Shown here: piece by piece, positions 58,530 to 64,000 of the stretch | Layout: every line of letters begins with the position of its first letter | Numbering within the stretch: the first letter of the stretch is position 1 | Source: Candidatus Saccharimonadia bacterium | GTDB lineage: Bacteria; Patescibacteriota; Saccharimonadia; UBA4664; JBBRNT01 | Length of the DNA stretch: 64,000 nucleotides | Reading direction: 5' to 3' | Assembly (NCBI GenBank): GCA_038230095.1 | Contig: JBBRNT010000004.1 | Coordinates: 20,448 to 84,447 of the forward strand | Notes under the pieces: generated by a model | Told to the model about the DNA's origin: nothing | Databases searched by the model: none | The model's input: only the letters and a program-made list of their open reading frames with translations | Position numbers and translations under genes: made by a program

Positions 58530-59165
58530 ATGGCAGTTGAACAGCTCATCCACAGTGTTGGTTACATCGGAATCTTTGCAATTATATTTGCCGAGTCAGG
58601 GCTCCTTGTTGGCTTCTTTCTCCCCGGCGACAGCCTGCTCTTCGCTGCCGGCCTCCTAGCAGCCAAAGGTATCCTTAATATTTGGCTAGTTACGCCAGTC
58701 ATGTTCGTGGCAGCCGTGCTTGGTGTGAATGCCGGCTACTACCTAGGTGCTCACTTCGGTGAGCGCATGTTCGCTAAGCACGACGCCCTCATCTTCAACC
58801 CCAAGCACCTCGAAACGTCTCGCAAGTTCTACGAGAAGCATGGTGGTAAGACCGTTATTCTAGCCCGGTTTACACCCGTGGTTCGCAGTATGGCACCCTT
58901 GCTTGCTGGTATTGGCAATATGCGCTTCCGTCGTTTCATGATATTCAATATTATTGGCGCTGCACTCTGGGTTTCTAGCGTCACTCTGGTTGGCTATTTT
59001 TTCGGTAATGCCGTGCCCAATGTAGAGCGGTATCTGGTGCTTTTCATCCTTATCGTCATGCTCGCCTCATTTGTCCCACCCCTCCTACATATCTGGCGTG
59101 ATGAGGCTCAGCGGGCCGCGCTCATGCAGCGCCTCCGCCGCCTCCGCCGCAAGAAACAGGCTTAG
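58530..59165 (+). CDS. DedA/VTT family membrane protein
   Basis: FAESGLLVGFFLPGDSLLFAAG, FYEKHGGKTVILARF. Confidence 0.93.
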   Translation: MAVEQLIHSVGYIGIFAIIFAESGLLVGFFLPGDSLLFAAGLLAAKGILNIWLVTPVMFVAAVLGVNAGYYLGAHFGERMFAKHDALIFNPKHLETSRKFYEKHGGKTVILARFTPVVRSMAPLLAGIGNMRFRRFMIFNIIGAALWVSSVTLVGYFFGNAVPNVERYLVLFILIVMLASFVPPLLHIWRDEAQRAALMQRLRRLRRKKQA

Positions 59166-59539
59166 TGGCCAACCAGCGTCATCTGTAGCTGGAGTAGTGT
59201 TGCTGTAGCTACCCAGAGCAGGTAGGGTGTCTGCGCAATGCCCACCCACCGGTGCTTAGGCCAGATCATGGCAATGCTCCAGATAAGCGTGCCTAGAGTA
59301 AGCACCATCGCAATACTCGATAGGATAAAGCTGTCACCATCATTCTGCATCTGCGTAAACAGGGCGTTGCAGGCTAGGTTAAGGATGAAGGGGAGTGCCA
59401 CCCACCAGGAGAACCGGCCGCGAGCTGCCCTGTAGATGACAAAGCCATTGCTCGCCACAATGAGCATATAGAGTACCAGCCACGCAACCGCAATCGCGCT
59501 CGTATCAGGGGTAAATATGCTACTAAGCCAGTAGTTCAT
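59162..59539 (-). CDS. TspO/MBR family protein
   Basis: AWLVLYMLI, PFILNLACNALFT, PYLLWVATAT. Confidence 0.8.
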   Translation of the reverse strand: MNYWLSSIFTPDTSAIAVAWLVLYMLIVASNGFVIYRAARGRFSWWVALPFILNLACNALFTQMQNDGDSFILSSIAMVLTLGTLIWSIAMIWPKHRWVGIAQTPYLLWVATATLLQLQMTLVGH

Positions 59540-59663
59540 GCCCGTATTCTGTATCCGTTGTGATCTGGATGCAAGCATAAGCGTCAGAATTCCCATTCCG
59601 CTGTTGCTTGCATTATGGTTTTTGTTCGGGTAGCATCATCGCTAGAGAAATAAAGGAACTCGT

Positions 59664-61037
59664 ATGCTATCAAAAGTCACGAGGTGGATTTCAGTTTGTT
59701 TAGTGGTAATTAGTACCACTGGGGCTTGGGCACATCCCGCCCTTGCCAGTACTAGTCATGTCGTTATTAGTGAGCTGTCTACCGGCAGCGTTTCGGCTGC
59801 TAGCCAGGAATTTATAGAGCTCTACAATCCCACGGCTAGTGTGGTGAGCCTAAGCAGTTGGCAGCTAGAGTACAAGTCCGCCACCGCCACTAGTGCCGCT
59901 TGGTCTAAGCGCGCTACACTGAGCGGGTCTATAGCCAGTTTCGGGTTCTATTTAGTAGCCACCAAGGGCTTTGTACCGAGCGGGGATAGTCTGCTGACAG
60001 ATGGTATGGCTGAGTCGGCGGGACACGTCCGCCTGCTTGACCAAGCTAGCCAGGTAGTGGATCTGGTGGGCTATGGCGCTACAGCCAATGCCAGCGAGAC
60101 TAGCCCAGCGCCGGCAGCCGGGGACGGCCACAGCCTCGAGCGGCTTCCAGGGGCTAGCAATGCGCTGGCCGGGAATAGTCAAGACACCGGCAACAACAGC
60201 CAGGACTTCACGGTTCGTATTACCCCCGAGCCACAGACTACCGCGAGCCCTACTGAAGACCCAGCCACCCCGGCGCCGGCCGACACTCCCATTCCAGGTG
60301 GTAATGTAGATTACTCCCCATTGCGCATTAATGAGCTCCTGCCTAACCCCGCTAGCCCAGCCACAGATGCCAAAGATGAGTATATTGAGCTGTACAATGA
60401 CGGCGACCAGCCGCTTAGCCTGAGCGGCCTTGTGCTAGCCTGCGGCTCGAGCTTTCACGCCAAGTTCACCTTACCGTCGGGCACTATACCGGCCCACGGC
60501 TATGCTACCTACTTCTCTTTACAGTCAAAGCTAGCCCTCACCAACAGTGGTGGAGCTGCGCGGCTGCAAACAGCGTTGGGCACTGTGCTAGATGAGACCC
60601 CTAGCTATGGCAGTGCTGCCGATGGCCAGGCTTGGGCCTACTTCTCCGACGGCTGGGACTGGACTACGACCCCCACGCCGGGTTCTATAAATGTCGCAAC
60701 GGATGCCCCTGCAAAGGTCGCAGCCAGCAGGTCATCTGCAAGTTCTAGCTCTGGTACTTCCTCGGCTAGTAAGGTCCAATCAGCTAAGGCGGGTAGCAGC
60801 GCCAAGGTCAAGGCTGCCAAAGCCCCCTCCAAAAGGTCTAGTGCTGGCCAGTCCGCCGATGGCAGTAGCCCCCTGCAGACCGATACCTTGAGCTTCTGGT
60901 TGATAATTGGCCTAGCAAGCCTTACTATTGGCTATGCCATTTATGAATACCGAGCACGTCTACTCAATCTCTACCGAGTCGCCCGAAGCCACCTCACGGC
61001 TCGGCGTGCGCTTGGGTCGTCTTCTAAGGGGCGGTGA
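59664..61037 (+). CDS. Surface protein with two lamin-tail domains and a C-terminal TM
   Basis: VVISE...EFIELYNP and RINELLPNP...EYIELYN, TPTPG; Ser/Ala/Lys linker. Confidence 0.85.
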   Translation: MLSKVTRWISVCLVVISTTGAWAHPALASTSHVVISELSTGSVSAASQEFIELYNPTASVVSLSSWQLEYKSATATSAAWSKRATLSGSIASFGFYLVATKGFVPSGDSLLTDGMAESAGHVRLLDQASQVVDLVGYGATANASETSPAPAAGDGHSLERLPGASNALAGNSQDTGNNSQDFTVRITPEPQTTASPTEDPATPAPADTPIPGGNVDYSPLRINELLPNPASPATDAKDEYIELYNDGDQPLSLSGLVLACGSSFHAKFTLPSGTIPAHGYATYFSLQSKLALTNSGGAARLQTALGTVLDETPSYGSAADGQAWAYFSDGWDWTTTPTPGSINVATDAPAKVAASRSSASSSSGTSSASKVQSAKAGSSAKVKAAKAPSKRSSAGQSADGSSPLQTDTLSFWLIIGLASLTIGYAIYEYRARLLNLYRVARSHLTARRALGSSSKGR

Positions 61038-61419
61038 GGTCATTGAGCTGTCTAGCGATCTAGGCGGTGGCAAGACGGTACTGGCTAAGGCTATCGCCGT
61101 TGGCCTGGACTACCCCGGGGAGGTCGTGAGCCCTACATTTACGGTCAGCAAGGTTTATCAATTACCCAGTGGCCTCGAGCTCGATCACTTCGACTTCTAC
61201 CGCATTGGCTCTGGCGATGTCGTCGCTACCGAGCTGGCCGAGACTGTTGGCCAGCCGGGCATTATTACCATCATAGAGTGGGCCGAGGCTGCCGGTAGCT
61301 CCCTGCCATCCGACCGCCTCAAAGTCACCATCACTCCCACCGGCGAGGCCAGCAGAATGCTAGCATTCGAAGCCATGGGACCAGAGCATGAGCACTTAAT
61401 ACACGGGCTACAATCATGA
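60943..61419 (+). CDS. tsaE: tRNA t6A biosynthesis ATPase TsaE
   Basis: SDLGGGKT, SPTFT, HFDFYR, IIEWA. Confidence 0.92.
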   Translation: MNTEHVYSISTESPEATSRLGVRLGRLLRGGEVIELSSDLGGGKTVLAKAIAVGLDYPGEVVSPTFTVSKVYQLPSGLELDHFDFYRIGSGDVVATELAETVGQPGIITIIEWAEAAGSSLPSDRLKVTITPTGEASRMLAFEAMGPEHEHLIHGLQS

Positions 61420-61811
61420 TTCTGGCTATTCGAACAGACAAATCGCAAGCTGAGCTGTACCTAGTCAGGTCCAACGGAGATGTTGTGGACGCTCACCTGT
61501 GGGAGGCAGGCCGACAGCTCTCCAGCCAGTTACTACACGAGATTACGGCCCTGCTCGAAGGCCACCACCACACCCTTACCGATCTTACTGGCCTTATTGT
61601 CTGGCAGGGCCCGGGCTCGTTTACCGGCCTGCGTATTGGTATTACAACCGCCAATGCCCTTGGCTATGGGCTGAGTATCGGCGTTGTAGGTACCACAGGG
61701 GACGGCTGGATTGCGCGTGGTGCAAGCCACCTGGACAAGTCAAATGCCGAGTTGGCTCTGGTGCTGCCAGAGTACGGTAGTGAGGCTCATATAACTGCCC
61801 AAAAGAAATAG
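61416..61811 (+). CDS. tsaB: tRNA t6A biosynthesis protein TsaB (short form)
   Basis: GPGSFTGLRIGITTANAL. Confidence 0.9.
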   Translation: MILAIRTDKSQAELYLVRSNGDVVDAHLWEAGRQLSSQLLHEITALLEGHHHTLTDLTGLIVWQGPGSFTGLRIGITTANALGYGLSIGVVGTTGDGWIARGASHLDKSNAELALVLPEYGSEAHITAQKK

Positions 61812-61881
61812 CTCATATTAAAAGCACTTGCCCCGATCCTCTTTGTAGAAGATCGGGGCGGTTTGCTTCTGGGCTAGGGGA

Positions 61882-62088
61882 TCACACTGGTGATCCAGGA
61901 CGAGCGTTGGAAATGTGTCGTGTCCGACTGGCCTGCTGCTCGAGGCGCATGGCGGCGGCATGAGCAGCCAGTCGTGCAGCAGCGGTGGTGTGTCGTCGAG
62001 CAGTGGGCACTGGCAGCCGCGTGGCCAGATCGATCACCTGGGCAGTGGGCGGGGCCGACAGACGGGGAATATACAGGACTCGAGCCAT
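61882..62088 (-). CDS. Small hypothetical protein (68 aa)
   Basis: SD AAAGGAG before MARVLYIP; hairpin at about 61830-61860 downstream. Confidence 0.45.
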   Translation of the reverse strand: MARVLYIPRLSAPPTAQVIDLATRLPVPTARRHTTAAARLAAHAAAMRLEQQASRTRHISNARPGSPV

Positions 62089-62113
62089 GTCGGCTCCTTT
62101 CGTATAGGAGGGG

Positions 62114-62263
62114 TCAGTCGCCGTTGGAACGCTGGAGGTCGCGGGCAGCCTTCTCGGCATTCCGCTTGGCATCGCCTGTGAGGCCCTTGGCTGCTTGCTT
62201 AAGGCTCTCCACTGTTCGGTTGTTCTCGTGCCACTTGTCGTCGTGATTGACCAGTTTGGCCAT
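62114..62263 (-). CDS. Small hypothetical protein (49 aa; not in the ORF track)
   Basis: MAKLVNHDDKWHENNRTVESLKQAAKGLTGDAKRNAEKAARDLQRSNGD*, SD AGGAG. Confidence 0.5.
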   Translation of the reverse strand: MAKLVNHDDKWHENNRTVESLKQAAKGLTGDAKRNAEKAARDLQRSNGD

Positions 62264-62591
62264 TTCTCACTCTCCTGCGTCCTCGGGTGCCACCGCGGGT
62301 TTGCGGTAAATGCTTGAAGATTATCGCACCACAGAGCCATTATGTCAATGACTATAGTTACAAATAGACGTCTAGAGATAGTCCTTAACGTTGACGTTAT
62401 GCCTACAATCCGTTTAAATTAAGGTACTTCACATTTTTAACGTTTTTGCTAGATTACGCACACGTGAAGCTGCTAAATCCAGATACACCCGGCGTGGCCA
62501 CTATTGTTTCTCTCTAAACACCTTCCTCTTTTTCCGACCACAATTTAGTAGTTCTTCCGTGTCAATACAGCTCCACTAGAAAGAAGGCACT

Positions 62592-64000
62592 ATGCTACCT
62601 GTACTATTAATTGGCCTTGTCGGCCTCGGAGCCGGCGGTGCTTCCGGATACGCCTACAACTCCTACCAGACTAAACAAAAGACCGATTCTGCTGAGGCCA
62701 AGGCCAAAAAGATTCTTGAAGAAGCGGAGGGCAAGTCCCGCCAGATCACGCTTGATGCCAAGAGCGAAGCTATCAAGACACTGGATGGCTCTAAGAAAGA
62801 GGAGTCTGAGCGGCGCAAGCAGCTGACGGACATTGAGAACCGTCTCAGTTCTCGCGAGGGCCAGCTCGACCGCAAGTTTGAAGACCTAGAAAAGCGCAGC
62901 GATGGCCTGCGGAAGTCGGAGGCCGAGCTCGAGGACATTAAGAACGAGGTCCGGGCTATTCGCGGTAAGCAGCAGGACAATCTCGAGCGCGTGGCCAAAC
63001 TCACCAAGGATGAGGCCCGCGACAAGCTTATGCAGATGACAGAGCGAGACATCCGAGCAGATTTGGTTGGGCTGGTTGGTAAGCTCCAGAACGACGCTAA
63101 GGAAGAGGCAGAGGACCGCGCCAGGGAGATTATTACCTCCGCGATGGAGCGTATGGCGAGCGACTCTACCAGCGAGCGTACCGTTACCACCGTGCCCCTC
63201 CCTAGTGATGAGCTGAAAGGCCGGGTTATTGGCAAGGAGGGTCGCAATATTCAGGCTCTAGAGCGTGCCACTGGCGTCGACGTGCTTATTGATGAGACAC
63301 CTGGCGTTATTGTGCTATCTAGCTTTGATCCAGTGCGCCGCCAGGTTGCACGTATTGCCCTCGAGAAATTACTAGAAGATGGTCGTATTCATCCGGCTCG
63401 TATCGAAGAAGTAGTAGAGAAGGCCGAAAAGGACGTGGAGAAGATGGTAAAAGACGCCGGTGAGGCCGCTGTGAAGGAAGTCGGTGTTGTCGGTATTCCT
63501 AGCGAGCTTGTCGTGGTGCTTGGCCAGCTCAAATTCCGTACCTCCTTCTCTCAGAACGTTCTCAAGCACTCTATAGAAATGGGCCACCTTGCCGGCATGA
63601 TTGCCACCGAGGTTGGTGCCGACGTGCGCATAACAAAGACCGCCGCCCTCCTGCATGACCTGGGCAAGGCCATGACTCACGAGATTGAAATGCCCCACCA
63701 TCACATTTCCGGCATGCTTATTCGCAAGGCCGGTATGGATGAGCGCATTGCTCACGCCGCCGAGGCCCACCACGAGGACATTGAGGCCACCACTCCAGAG
63801 GCCACCATCGTTCGCGTGGTTGATGCCTTGTCGGCTGGTCGCCCCGGCGCCCGCGGCGATACACTCGAGAACTACGCCAAGCGTATGACCGAGCTCGAGA
63901 ACATTGCCAACACCTTCCCTGGTATCTCCAAGAGCTATGCCATCTCGGCTGGTCGAGAGATCCGCATTATGGTCACCCCAGAAGAGGTGGATGATCTGAG
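62592..64000 (+). CDS. rny: Ribonuclease Y (3'-partial; absent from the ORF track because there is no stop in the window)
   Basis: N-terminal TM, coiled coil, KH KGRVIGKEGRNI, HD LLHDLGKA, AHHED, RPGAR. Confidence 0.95.
   Translation, partial: MLPVLLIGLVGLGAGGASGYAYNSYQTKQKTDSAEAKAKKILEEAEGKSRQITLDAKSEAIKTLDGSKKEESERRKQLTDIENRLSSREGQLDRKFEDLEKRSDGLRKSEAELEDIKNEVRAIRGKQQDNLERVAKLTKDEARDKLMQMTERDIRADLVGLVGKLQNDAKEEAEDRAREIITSAMERMASDSTSERTVTTVPLPSDELKGRVIGKEGRNIQALERATGVDVLIDETPGVIVLSSFDPVRRQVARIALEKLLEDGRIHPARIEEVVEKAEKDVEKMVKDAGEAAVKEVGVVGIPSELVVVLGQLKFRTSFSQNVLKHSIEMGHLAGMIATEVGADVRITKTAALLHDLGKAMTHEIEMPHHHISGMLIRKAGMDERIAHAAEAHHEDIEATTPEATIVRVVDALSAGRPGARGDTLENYAKRMTELENIANTFPGISKSYAISAGREIRIMVTPEEVDDL

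Noticed and set aside
60943-61037. 95-nt overlap between the lamin-tail gene and tsaE
   Set aside because: Only the unconserved cytoplasmic tail overlaps; likely stop-codon drift

Overview
GC-rich bacterial chromosome segment using the standard genetic code (TGA is a stop). Gene content points to a Patescibacteria/CPR organism, most plausibly Saccharibacteria; this is inference from the short HrcA and TsaB, the pilB-pilC-pilin-pilMNO cluster, comEC, DUF2207, a lamin-tail protein, many orphans and few biosynthetic genes. The housekeeping backbone is galU, tgt, tilS-ftsH-murJ-lepA, CIRCE-controlled hrcA-grpE-dnaK-dnaJ, comEC, yebC-ruvC...ruvA-ruvB, type IV pilus genes, tsaE-tsaB and a partial rny, plus four tRNAs (Ile2-CAU, fMet, Met, Lys-UUU). 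Two loci stand out. (1) A tightly coupled five-gene minus-strand operon at 29056-33834 encodes a DpdA/TGT-like base-exchange enzyme, a dTMP-kinase-like/transglutaminase-like fusion, an MTH1-type Nudix hydrolase, a divergent QueC and a GT2 glycosyltransferase; it is a candidate undescribed 7-deazaguanine modification or defence system with no phage context. (2) A ~520-nt ornate, GNRA/UUCG-rich non-coding RNA (ROOL-like) lies beside the CAU-tRNA cluster and upstream of a PD-(D/E)XK nuclease-like gene. Other observations: a mannoside phosphorylase/GT4 island splitting ruvC from ruvA, an apparent ATC start codon, a recurrent promoter motif AGCATAAGC, tRNA-3'-end repeat mini-elements and an AT-rich islet at tRNA-Lys. 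All family assignments come from motif recognition by eye; no searches were run.
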